Source of the DNA: an uncultured Acidobacteriota bacterium
Lineage (GTDB): Bacteria; Acidobacteriota; Terriglobia; UBA7540
NCBI GenBank assembly: GCA_963804995.1
Contig: CAWDSK010000007.1
Span: forward strand, 1 to 45,223
Reading direction: 5' to 3'
DNA: 45,223 bases
Under the pieces are notes generated by a model, which did no database searches, was not told the DNA's origin, and saw only the letters and a list, made by a program, of their open reading frames with translations. Positions 1 to 9,993 of the stretch are shown here, in pieces; position 1 is the stretch's first letter, and every line of letters starts with the position of its first letter. Both the position numbers and the translations under genes were made by a program.

Positions 1-1904
1 GATAAACCGGCAGAAAGCAGAGAATGAAAATTTCTCACGAGGAAGGAGCAGCTATTCACTCGGCCCCGAGTTTTGCGCTGGGCGTCGTGAGGCGCACGGT
101 GAAGCGTAAACAGGGGAATAGGTGGGCTGGGTATTGAGCTTCGAAAATGTCCAATCAGGACGCCGACGTTTTCAGACTAAACGGAAGGCAACATGAGGCC
201 GGGACGCCAACGCGAGTTCCGGCACAGTCCTGCGTAGTCGTAGACCCCAGACACGCCTAGACACTTTCTGCACGAGAACCGGGAGACCTCGGAGGCGCCG
301 GCCGCCGTAGATCGTGGCCGGACGGCGGGAAAAGGCGATGGCCGTACAGCCCGCCTGCACGCTTTCGAGGAGTCGGACAGCGGAACAGTACCGATGAATC
401 ATTTGAACAAAGACGGGAAGCCGTTGGCGGAGAATGAGGAGGGAAGGCCGCTGATCAAGGAGAACACCCGTTGGCCTAACACGCACCCGACACAGAGCGG
501 GGCACGCGTGTCCCAGGGACTCGCGGGTGTGCGGAAAGCCGCGAAGGAACACAGGGAGATGAAGTTCACGGCCTTGCTCCACCACTTAACGGTCGATCTG
601 CTGCGGGAAAGCTTTTACGCCTTGAAGCGAAAAGCTGCACCGGGAGTAGACGGCATGACGTGGCAGGAGTATGAAAGCGGGCTGGAAGGTCGACTCGTCG
701 ATCTGCACAGCCGGGTCCACCGCGGAGCATTCCGAGCGAAGCCCTCGCGAAGGGCGTATATCCCGAAAGGCGACGGGCGGCAACGTCCGTTGGGGGTTGC
801 GGCACTGGAGGACAAGATCGTCCAACAGGCCGTGGTCACCATCCTCAATGCGATTTACGAGGAAGACTTTCTGGGCTTCTCGTATGGCTTTCGACCGGGA
901 TGCAGCCAGCATCAAGCGCTGGACGCGCTCTCGTACGCGCTCACGGTGAAGCACGTGAACTACGTTCTTGACGCGGACATTCGTGGATTTTTCGATTCGA
1001 TATCCCACGAATGGATGCTCAAGTTCGTGCAGCATCGCGTCGCCGACCCCCGGATTCTCCGGCTCATCCAGAAATGGCTGAAAGCCGGGGTGAGGGAGGA
1101 AGGCGAATGGTCGGAGACGGAGATGGGTACGCCACAAGGGGCGGTGGTCTCGCCCCTGCTGGCGAATATCTATCTGCACTACGTCTTTGACCTGTGGGTG
1201 CAGGCGTGGCGCAAGAAGCACGCCCGGGGAGACGTGGTCGTGGTGCGGTATGCCGACGATACGGTCCTTGGATTCCAATCGCAGACGGAAGCCGACCGCT
1301 TTCTGGAGGATTTCCGGGAGCGGGTGGGGAAGTTTGGATTGGAACGGCATCCTGACAAAACGCGCCGGATCGAGTTCGGGCCGTTTGCCGAACTTTACCG
1401 GAAACGGAGAGGAGAAGGTAAGCCGGAGACGTTCGACTTTCTGGGCTTCACGCATATCAGCGGGAAGAACCGGAGGGGGCAATTTACCGTGAAGCGGAAG
1501 ACGATCAGCAAGCGCCTGCGGGGGAAGTTGCAGGAACTCAAGCAACAACTCCGGCAGCGTCGGCACGATCCCATCGCGGATACGGGTAAATGGCTCCGGT
1601 CGGTCGTGCAAGGCTACTTCAACTATCACGCGGTACCGGGAAACCTCGACCGCCTGCGAATCTTTCGGGAACGGTTGACCCGACTGTGGCGAACGCAACT
1701 GCGTCAACGCAGTCAACGCCACCGCCTCAACTGGGACCGACTGGGGAAGCTTGCGGCCTGCTGGTTGCCTGCTCCGCACGTTGTGCATCCTTGGCCATCC
1801 CAACGGTTCGCCGCCACACATCCGAGATAAGAGCCGTATGCGCTAACCAGCGCACGTACGGATCCGTGCGGGGGGTACCGGGTAACCGGTATCCCTACCG
1901 CAAC
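1..1904 (+). mobile_element. Group II intron, copy 1 (first 9 nt lie outside the window)
   Basis: Direct repeat of 1983..3886 (offset 1982). Domain V gAGCcgtatgcgct-aacc-agcgcacgtacggatc at 1831..1864; domain VI with bulged A1897; 3' end AAC at 1904; contains an RT ORF. Confidence 0.95.
394..1830 (+). CDS. ltrA: Group II intron reverse transcriptase/maturase, no HNH endonuclease domain
   Basis: Motifs APGVDG, RPLG, SYGFRPG, DADIRGFFD, GTPQG, RYADD and FDFLGF, followed by a domain X region; the ORF stops just before domain V. Start codon uncertain. Confidence 0.93.
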   Translation: MNHLNKDGKPLAENEEGRPLIKENTRWPNTHPTQSGARVSQGLAGVRKAAKEHREMKFTALLHHLTVDLLRESFYALKRKAAPGVDGMTWQEYESGLEGRLVDLHSRVHRGAFRAKPSRRAYIPKGDGRQRPLGVAALEDKIVQQAVVTILNAIYEEDFLGFSYGFRPGCSQHQALDALSYALTVKHVNYVLDADIRGFFDSISHEWMLKFVQHRVADPRILRLIQKWLKAGVREEGEWSETEMGTPQGAVVSPLLANIYLHYVFDLWVQAWRKKHARGDVVVVRYADDTVLGFQSQTEADRFLEDFRERVGKFGLERHPDKTRRIEFGPFAELYRKRRGEGKPETFDFLGFTHISGKNRRGQFTVKRKTISKRLRGKLQELKQQLRQRRHDPIADTGKWLRSVVQGYFNYHAVPGNLDRLRIFRERLTRLWRTQLRQRSQRHRLNWDRLGKLAACWLPAPHVVHPWPSQRFAATHPR

Positions 1905-1973
1905 CGCTACGTTTACTCGGATTGGGTAGCGCGAGCCTCAGGAAGAACCGCAGACCTCAAAGGCGGAGGTCTG
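1905..1973. repeat. 69-bp inter-intron spacer built from REP-like parts
   Basis: cgctac 1905..1910, gtagcg 1926..1931, hairpin cagacctc (1951..1958) / gaggtctg (1966..1973). Confidence 0.8.
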
Positions 1974-3886
1974 GTGCGCCGGGATAAACCGGCAGAAAGC
2001 AGAGAATGAAAATTTCTCACGAGGAAGGAGCAGCGATCCACTCGGCCCCGAGTTTTGCGCTGGGCGTCGTGAGGCGCACGGTGAAGCGTAAACAGGGGAA
2101 TAGGTGGGCTGGGTATTGAGCTTCGAAAATGTCCAATCAGGACGCCGACGTTTTCAGACTAAACGGAAGGCAACATGAGGCCGGGACGCCAACGCGAGTT
2201 CCGGCACAGTCCTGCGTAGTCGTAGACCCCAGACACGCCTAGACACTTTCTGCACGAGAACCGGGAGACCTCGGAGGCGCCGGCCGCCGTAGATCGTGGC
2301 CGGACGGCGGGAAAAGGCGATGGCCGTACAGCCCGCCTGCACGCTTTCGAGGAGTCGGACAGCGGAACAGTACCGATGAATCATTTGAACAAAGACGGGA
2401 AGCCGTTGGCGGAGAATGAGGAGGGAAGGCCGCTGATCAAGGAGAACACCCGTTGGCCTAACACGCACCCGACACAGAGCGGGGCACGCGTGTCCCAGGG
2501 ACTCGCGGGTGTGCGGAAAGCCGCGAAGGAACACAGGGAGATGAAGTTCACGGCCTTGCTCCACCACTTAACGGTCGATCTGCTGCGGGAAAGCTTTTAC
2601 GCCTTGAAGCGAAAAGCTGCACCGGGAGTAGACGGCATGACGTGGCAGGAGTATGAAAGCGGGCTGGAAGGTCGACTCGTCGATCTGCACAGCCGGGTCC
2701 ACCGCGGAGCATTCCGAGCGAAGCCCTCGCGAAGGGCGTATATCCCGAAAGGCGACGGGCGGCAACGTCCGTTGGGGGTTGCGGCACTGGAGGACAAGAT
2801 CGTCCAACAGGCCGTGGTCACCATCCTCAATGCGATTTACGAGGAAGACTTTCTGGGCTTCTCGTATGGCTTTCGACCGGGACGCAGCCAGCATCAAGCG
2901 CTGGACGCGCTCTCGTACGCGCTCACGGTGAAGCACGTGAACTACGTTCTTGACGCGGACATTCGTGGATTTTTCGATTCGATATCCCACGAATGGATGC
3001 TCAAGTTCGTGCAGCATCGCGTCGCCGACCCCCGGATTCTCCGGCTCATCCAGAAATGGCTGAAAGCCGGGGTGAGGGAGGAAGGCGAATGGTCGGAGAC
3101 GGAGATGGGTACGCCACAAGGGGCGGTGGTCTCGCCCCTGCTGGCGAATATCTATCTGCACTACGTCTTTGACCTGTGGGTGCAGGCGTGGCGCAAGAAG
3201 CACGCCCGGGGAGACGTGGTCGTGGTGCGGTATGCCGACGATACGGTCCTTGGATTCCAATCGCAGACGGAAGCCGACCGCTTTCTGGAGGATTTCCGGG
3301 AGCGGGTGGGGAAGTTTGGATTGGAACTGCATCCTGACAAAACGCGCCGGATCGAGTTCGGGCCGTTTGCCGAACTTTACCGGAAACGGAGAGGAGAAGG
3401 TAAGCCGGAGACGTTCGACTTTCTGGGCTTCACGCATATCAGCGGGAAGAACCGGAGGGGGCAATTTACCGTGAAGCGGAAGACGATCAGCAAGCGCCTG
3501 CGGGGGAAGTTGCAGGAACTCAAGCAACAACTCCGGCAGCGTCGGCACGATCCCATCGCGGATACGGGTAAATGGCTCCGGTCGGTCGTGCAAGGCTACT
3601 TCAACTATCACGCGGTACCGGGAAACCTCGACCGCCTGCGAATCTTTCGGGAACGGTTGACCCGACTGTGGCGAACACAACTGCGTCAACGCAGTCAACG
3701 CCACCGCCTCAACTGGGACCGACTGGGGAAGCTTGCGGCCTGCTGGTTGCCTGCTCCGCACGTTGTGCATCCTTGGCCATCCCAACGGTTCGCCGCCACA
3801 CATCCGAGATAAGAGCCGTATGCGCTAACCAGTGCACGTACGGATCCGTGCGGGGGGTACCGGGTAACCGGTATCCCTACCGCAAC
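1974..3886 (+). mobile_element. Group II intron, copy 2 (complete, 1913 nt; IIB-like exon recognition; possibly bacterial class E)
   Basis: Starts GTGCG at 1974 and ends AAC at 3886; domain V 3813..3846; EBS1 loop cagact 2155..2160. The class is a tentative guess from the KFTALLHH N-terminus and the missing endonuclease domain. Confidence 0.95.
2376..3812 (+). CDS. ltrA: Group II intron reverse transcriptase/maturase, no HNH endonuclease domain
   Basis: Same motifs as copy 1 (YADD); keeps consensus-like GFRPGRS and LELHPDKT. Confidence 0.94.
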   Translation: MNHLNKDGKPLAENEEGRPLIKENTRWPNTHPTQSGARVSQGLAGVRKAAKEHREMKFTALLHHLTVDLLRESFYALKRKAAPGVDGMTWQEYESGLEGRLVDLHSRVHRGAFRAKPSRRAYIPKGDGRQRPLGVAALEDKIVQQAVVTILNAIYEEDFLGFSYGFRPGRSQHQALDALSYALTVKHVNYVLDADIRGFFDSISHEWMLKFVQHRVADPRILRLIQKWLKAGVREEGEWSETEMGTPQGAVVSPLLANIYLHYVFDLWVQAWRKKHARGDVVVVRYADDTVLGFQSQTEADRFLEDFRERVGKFGLELHPDKTRRIEFGPFAELYRKRRGEGKPETFDFLGFTHISGKNRRGQFTVKRKTISKRLRGKLQELKQQLRQRRHDPIADTGKWLRSVVQGYFNYHAVPGNLDRLRIFRERLTRLWRTQLRQRSQRHRLNWDRLGKLAACWLPAPHVVHPWPSQRFAATHPR

Positions 3887-3898
3887 CGCTACCTTTAT

Positions 3899-3935
3899 TT
3901 TTGCCTTTTGCCTTTTGCAATTTGCCTTTTGCCTT
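3899..3935. repeat. Heptamer tandem repeat (TTTTGCC), about 5 copies
   Basis: ttttgcc ttttgcc ttttgca atttgcc ttttgcc read directly. Confidence 0.85.
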
Positions 3936-3994
3936 GTACTTCGCCTCTGCCTATCCCGACACATCGGGACTCGCCAACCGCGCCCGCTGCCTAC

Positions 3995-5229
3995 TCACTC
4001 CCTCGCCCGGGTCCCAACCTTCTCCCCGTCGCGCAGGCTTTCCGGACCGCTTACGACGAGCTCATCTCCCGCATTCACTCCGGCGATGACTTCGACATCG
4101 CCGGCGATCCCACGCCCCAGGCTGACGGCGCGGCGTTCCAACTTCCCCTCGCGCACCGTGAACACATAGGAGGCGCTGGCTTCGCCACGCACGGCGCTCT
4201 TCGGGATAATGGCCTTGGCCGCAGGCGCTTCCTCCTTCGCCTTTTTCGGAGAGGGTTCCGCGCTCAAAAAAGCCACTTTCACGCCCATGTCGGGAAGAAT
4301 TCTCGGGTCAAGCTTGTCGAAAGAAATGCGCACTTTGACGGTGGCCTTCTGGCGGTCCGCGGTGGGGATGATGGTCCGCACATGACTCGGGATCTGCCAC
4401 TCGGGATAGGCGTTGAGGGTGGCCGCGACTTTCTGGCCCGGCTGAACGCGAGCGATATAGGCCTCGTTGACGTCCACTTCGATCTCATTCGAGTTCATAT
4501 CGACGATGGTGGCAATGCCGGTCCGGGTGAAGCCGCCGCCCGCGGATAGGGGCGAAACCATTTCCCCCACCTGGGCGTCCTTCGAAACGATAATGCCGCT
4601 GAAAGGCGCCCGGATCACGCAGTTATCCACGTTCTGCTGGGCCTGCTGGATGCGGGTGGCGGAAGCTTCCACCTGGTCCTTGGCCAGGGCAATCTTGGCC
4701 TTAAAGCTGTCCACGTTGGTGCGGGCGATGTCCAGCGCATCCTCGCTCTGTACTTGGGCGGCGCGGAGTCTCCTGGGTGCGGCGCAACGCGATTTCCGCA
4801 TACTTCAACTGCACCTCGTAATCGGCAATGGCCGCCTGCGCCGTTTTGCGATCGGCCACAGCCGACTCGAGGGCCCGCTTGACGTTCCGAATCGTCCAGG
4901 GTAGCAAGAAGCTGGCCTTCCTCGACGCGCATGCCTTCGTCAAAGAGGACGCTAGTGACGCGGCCGGTGATCTTTGCCGCCACCGTAGCGCGCCGTTGAG
5001 GCGTGACGTAGCCGCTGGCGTTGAGCAGCGTCTCCGCCTCCTGGCGGTTTGCCGGGCGCGCCGCGGCAACCTCCACCACCGGCTGCCGGGACCGCATGGC
5101 GAAAACACCTCCGATGACCAGGACCAGCACTCCCAGGGAGGCGGAAAATATCCGCCAAAACTTACCCCCCGATCCGCCCGAGCGGTGGGTGTCGTCAATC
5201 TTCAACGAGGATAGGTCGGGGACCGGCAT
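3995..5229 (-). CDS. Efflux transporter periplasmic adaptor subunit (MacA/HlyD-type); two +1 frameshifts in this sequence
   Basis: N-terminal TM anchor, LNASGYV..AAKITGRV..EGMRV, IRAPFSG and EVDVNE are spread over three frames. Removing one base near 4885 and one near 4769 gives a single ORF of about 410 aa. Confidence 0.85.
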
Positions 5230-5603
5230 ATAGTTATTGATGCCCCTAAAGCAAAAAAATATGCAGCGTTTGGCAAGACTGAGGGCAGAGGATTCACCGG
5301 GCAGAGTCCGTGCCCAGCACTCCTTCGCATCCTTTCTTATTTTGCCTCAGAGCGCGTGTCCGCGCTAATGAAAAATATGCGACAAACTCCGCCCTCCGAT
5401 CGATACATGCTGGTGTAAATTGCGATTCTGGGAACCTGCGGTCAGCGGCCCTGATCAATCGAACCAATCGAATGTGCTCCGGAATTACTGTTAAGTCCCA
5501 CTCCTACTGCTTGTGCCGTGGAATTCCGATTGCGTCCTAGCGTCACTCGCGATGCATCTCCCAGCGAGCTTTGTCCCTCAACATACTTCTTTAATGGGGA
5601 TCC

Positions 5604-5875
5604 CCGGCAGGGTTGGTGCAGGCTCTAGTTTCGGAGTGCGGCGACTCGTCGCCGCTTTCCCTCGCCGCAACTCGATGCGGCGACACACCGACCGCTGACG
5701 AGTCAGCGGTGACAAAAGCGGGAGCAAGCTCCCGCACTCCGAAATTTCGCTTTCCGGCAGGGTTGGTGCAGGCTCTAGTTTCGGAGTGCGGCGACTCGTC
5801 GCCGCTTTCCCTCGCCGCAACTCGATGCGGCGACACACTGACCGCTGACGAGTCAGCGGTGACAAAAGCGGGAGC
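5604..5875. repeat. Two tandem 150-bp units carrying a GGAGTGCG...CGCACTCC REP doublet (second unit truncated)
   Basis: 5604..5753 is repeated from 5754; terminal inverted arms tttcggagtgcgg / ccgcactccgaaa with internal hairpins. Confidence 0.9.
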
Positions 5876-5877
5876 CG

Positions 5878-6015
5878 GTAGCGCAGAGGTAGCCGCAGTT
5901 TGGCTTCCTCTGCGGTTCTTAACTTGGGAACATCGATAATAGAATCCAAACGTGAAACCCCATGGAGGGACGAAGAGCCACAGACGAACGCAAAGAACGC
6001 GTACGTCTGCGCTAC
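5878..6015. repeat. Inverted pair of GTAGCGCAG-family REP-like hairpins
   Basis: gtagcgcagagg...cctctgcgg at 5878..5915 and cagacg...cgtctgcgctac at 5981..6015. Confidence 0.75.
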
Positions 6016-6048
6016 CCCTCCCGGGACGGGTGGATTAGCTCCGCTTTC

Positions 6049-7236
<1,188 letters not shown>

Positions 7237-7330
7237 TTAAATACACCGTGGCAAAGACGTTGCCGGTGTTGGAAATTTGTGGGTTTTTCGGATGAAGAAC
7301 TAGTCAGCGCTACTGCATCTTGTTTTCAGC

Positions 7331-7436
7331 ACCACCCCGGCGCTCCGAGCGACGGGGTGGTTACAGTGGCGCCAGAGGCGACGGGGTGGTTGCGCGGGCG
7401 CCGTAGGCAACGGGGTGGTTACGCGCTTTGGGCGCC
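7331..7436. repeat. Three 29-bp-period repeats with core ACGGGGTGGTT
   Basis: Core at 7352, 7381 and 7410; complementary accacccc at 7331. Confidence 0.75.
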
Positions 7437-7450
7437 GGCGTTGAGCCCGC

Positions 7451-9391
7451 TTAATTCGGTGTGGGGTCGGTAGGGGGAGTGGCTTCAGGCGTCGGATGCT
7501 TCTCATGGACCTCGGTATTGAAAAACTTAAAATCGCTGTAATGATGCTGGTTCTGCAACGTCTTGCCTTTCCACTCCACGGTGACCGTTACCTGGGATGG
7601 CAACGATAGGGGAGTGGGACCTTCTTTGAAGCGGACCAGGGAGTAACTTATTTCCGTGGTTTCGCGCTGCAAACGCACTTTGGGCAAAGGTTCCAGCAAA
7701 TCGGTGCGCAGACGGACGATGCGAGAGTCGCTGGGATCGATCCAGGCCAGCCCCTGGTGCAAGACCAGCACGCTTATGTTAGGCGCGTTGAAGCGCTCGT
7801 TCATCATGGCTTTCGCGGGGACCTGGGCAAAAGCCAACACCTCGCAGTCCGTGCCATTTACCTTGGCGCGCCCCAGGTGGCGAAACTTCGACCCATTTTG
7901 GTAGACAGGGTGGAACAGCAAGGAGGCGGAGGCAAAGCCTGCCGTCAACATGAACCCGTCTTCGATGCCGGTAGGGCCGATCCTCTGCCCGGCAGGATTC
8001 GTCCGGTACTCCTCCAGGCTCAGGCCACCCTGGTACGGCGTGGTTAGCAGCAGGTACTGGAACTTCTGCTCCAGTGCTTGCTTCACTTTGCCATTCTTGT
8101 CCAGCTTCTCCTCTTCGATCCGCTCGCGGGACGTGGCGTTTTGGAAATCCTTGAAGAAGGATTCCACCTTGGCTCCGGCTTTCTCCAGGATGCCCGCCAA
8201 CTGAGTCTGATCCGCCGCGGGTTCCAGGCCTGCGAGCTCGGGCCACTCTTTCAAGATTTGCGGAAGCTCCTCATCGACCAGCGCTTTCGCCCGGCTGAAA
8301 CTCAGCAAGCTGGCCTGAGTTTGAACTTGCTGGTAAAGGGCTCGCACCGGAAAGGGGAGGGTTTTGATCTCGCGGCCGGACAGGTAGGCGCGGATTTCCT
8401 GGTCCGCCTCTTGCACGTCACCTTCTTCCAGGGCGGCGCGGCATCGCAGCAGGCGCGCTTGCGGGGAGGCGCCGGCCTTCTCGGCATTCAGAAGATATTG
8501 GTCGGCGGCTTCCCAGTTCTTTTGATTCAGCAGGACGCGGCCCACCTCCTGAAGCGCCAACGGGTCCTCGGGGGCGAGCTTGGAGGCCTGCATCAGCAAT
8601 CCCAAGGCCTTCGAAGACTCACCTGACCATTCCGCAAAAACCCCCAGCGTAATCAGGGCATTTACGGTCCGACGTTCTTCGGAGGGGCTGAGCTTCACGA
8701 GCGCCGCTTCGGAGAAATCTCGCTGGGCGCTGGCCATGCTGCCCGCCTGAAGTTCGGCCAACCCCAACAGGGTACGGCACTCCACGCATTGCGGAGTCTT
8801 CTTGACCAGCGGCGAAAGCAGAGAGACAACCTTGGCGGAGTTCTGAGGGTCCGGCGCGAGCCCGGCGGCGCGAACAAAATTCTGCCGCGCGGAATCGGCC
8901 TGGAGGTCGGGAGTGCTTGCCGCCTTGTAGCGGGGAATGAGCAAAGCAAGTAGCTGGTCTTGAGAAAGGGAGAAGGCGTCTTCCTCCTGAGGCCGCAGCA
9001 CCAAGTCGATGGCATAAGTCTCGCCTACTTTAGTGAAACTGGCATTTTCATGGGCCGGGAGGAACCCCTCCTTCTGCGCGGAGACTAACACGCTGAGGCT
9101 GGTGTTCGACTCCGCCTCCAGCTCTACGGTATAGCTGTATTTGCCCTGGACATCTGCCACCAGAGAGTTGTTGGGCAGAATTCCTGTCGAAGTACAATGA
9201 ATCGTGACTTGGGCATTGCTGACGGGTTCGCCTCGGAGGCTCTTGACTTGGCCCGCGATGAGCCACCGCCCCTTCTGGACCGATGTCAAGCGTAAGTCGG
9301 CAATGGGGTTCATAACCTGCGCGCCTAAAGGGAGGGAGGGGGCAGCGAGGAAAGCCACTAGCAAGGCGAATATCACACGGATACTTTGCAA
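7451..9391 (-). CDS. Exported protein with carboxypeptidase-regulatory-like beta domain, TPR repeats and an uncharacterised C-terminal domain
   Basis: Signal peptide, IAGQVKSLRGEPVSNAQVTI, helical TPR-like repeats; TTG start at 9391 chosen from an upstream GGAG. Confidence 0.7.
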   Translation of the reverse strand: MQSIRVIFALLVAFLAAPSLPLGAQVMNPIADLRLTSVQKGRWLIAGQVKSLRGEPVSNAQVTIHCTSTGILPNNSLVADVQGKYSYTVELEAESNTSLSVLVSAQKEGFLPAHENASFTKVGETYAIDLVLRPQEEDAFSLSQDQLLALLIPRYKAASTPDLQADSARQNFVRAAGLAPDPQNSAKVVSLLSPLVKKTPQCVECRTLLGLAELQAGSMASAQRDFSEAALVKLSPSEERRTVNALITLGVFAEWSGESSKALGLLMQASKLAPEDPLALQEVGRVLLNQKNWEAADQYLLNAEKAGASPQARLLRCRAALEEGDVQEADQEIRAYLSGREIKTLPFPVRALYQQVQTQASLLSFSRAKALVDEELPQILKEWPELAGLEPAADQTQLAGILEKAGAKVESFFKDFQNATSRERIEEEKLDKNGKVKQALEQKFQYLLLTTPYQGGLSLEEYRTNPAGQRIGPTGIEDGFMLTAGFASASLLFHPVYQNGSKFRHLGRAKVNGTDCEVLAFAQVPAKAMMNERFNAPNISVLVLHQGLAWIDPSDSRIVRLRTDLLEPLPKVRLQRETTEISYSLVRFKEGPTPLSLPSQVTVTVEWKGKTLQNQHHYSDFKFFNTEVHEKHPTPEATPPTDPTPN

Positions 9392-9523
9392 CAGTACATC
9401 TCCGTACGTTCCGACGGTCCCAAGGGTACTCCAAACCGTGCGGCCATGCAATTTTATTGAGGGGTGGAGGGCGCGCGTCAGTTGCCATGCAGCTTCCCGT
9501 ACACTTTCTTGATTTCCTGTGGC

Positions 9524-9640
9524 GCGCGAATGCAATTCGAAAGTCTTGCGCCCTCACGCCGCCGAATGTATGTCGGTTGGATCGATTTCGGTAAGCGACA
9601 AGAAACGAAAATGCGGAGGCGGCGGGAAACAATCGGCCTG
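9524..9640 (+). pseudogene. Fragment resembling a YdeI/OmpD-associated domain
   Basis: ARMQFESLAPSRRRMYVGWIDFGKRQETKMRRRRETIGL fits the F..LAPS.RR.Y..WI..AKR.ET..RR pattern; no N-terminal part. Confidence 0.6.
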
Positions 9641-9993
9641 GGCGGGGCGGGTCGGACATTTCGGCCACCTCAGCCTACCCTGGGTGGGTTCCCAATCGAC
9701 TGTCGTGTTGCCCCCCTCCAAGGACACAATGTCCCAATGTCTGCGCAATAAGCGTCCGGGCAAAGGTCAGGCGCAACTCGGACAAGTGTCCCAGATGTTC
9801 GCCTGCGCGGGGCATAGCGGGCAACGTCCCACATAAAAAGGCCAGGCCTTGCGTTTTTGGTAAGTGATTTTCAAGTCCCATCTGCAGGAGAGAAAAACGC
9901 GAATTGCCCCACCCCCCGGATTGCCCATTGTGTTTCTGCTGCAGCCCGGTATAAGTTAGCGGGGGATTTTGCCCAACGCCAATGCGTAGCGCC

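Noticed and set aside
586..3803. 411-aa antisense ORFs (586..1821 and 2568..3803)
   Set aside because: Shadows of the RT genes in GC-rich DNA, with no recognisable motifs.
394..3812. RT genes as a retron, DGR, CRISPR-associated or defence RT system
   Set aside because: Both lie within recognisable group II intron RNA (GTGCG start, domains V and VI); no template/variable repeat pair, cas or effector genes are nearby.
1..3886. Nested intron (twintron)
   Set aside because: Copy 1 ends at 1904 before copy 2 begins at 1974; they are tandem, not nested.
5578..5949. ORFs with internal peptide repeats
   Set aside because: They are translations of the 150-bp DNA repeat.
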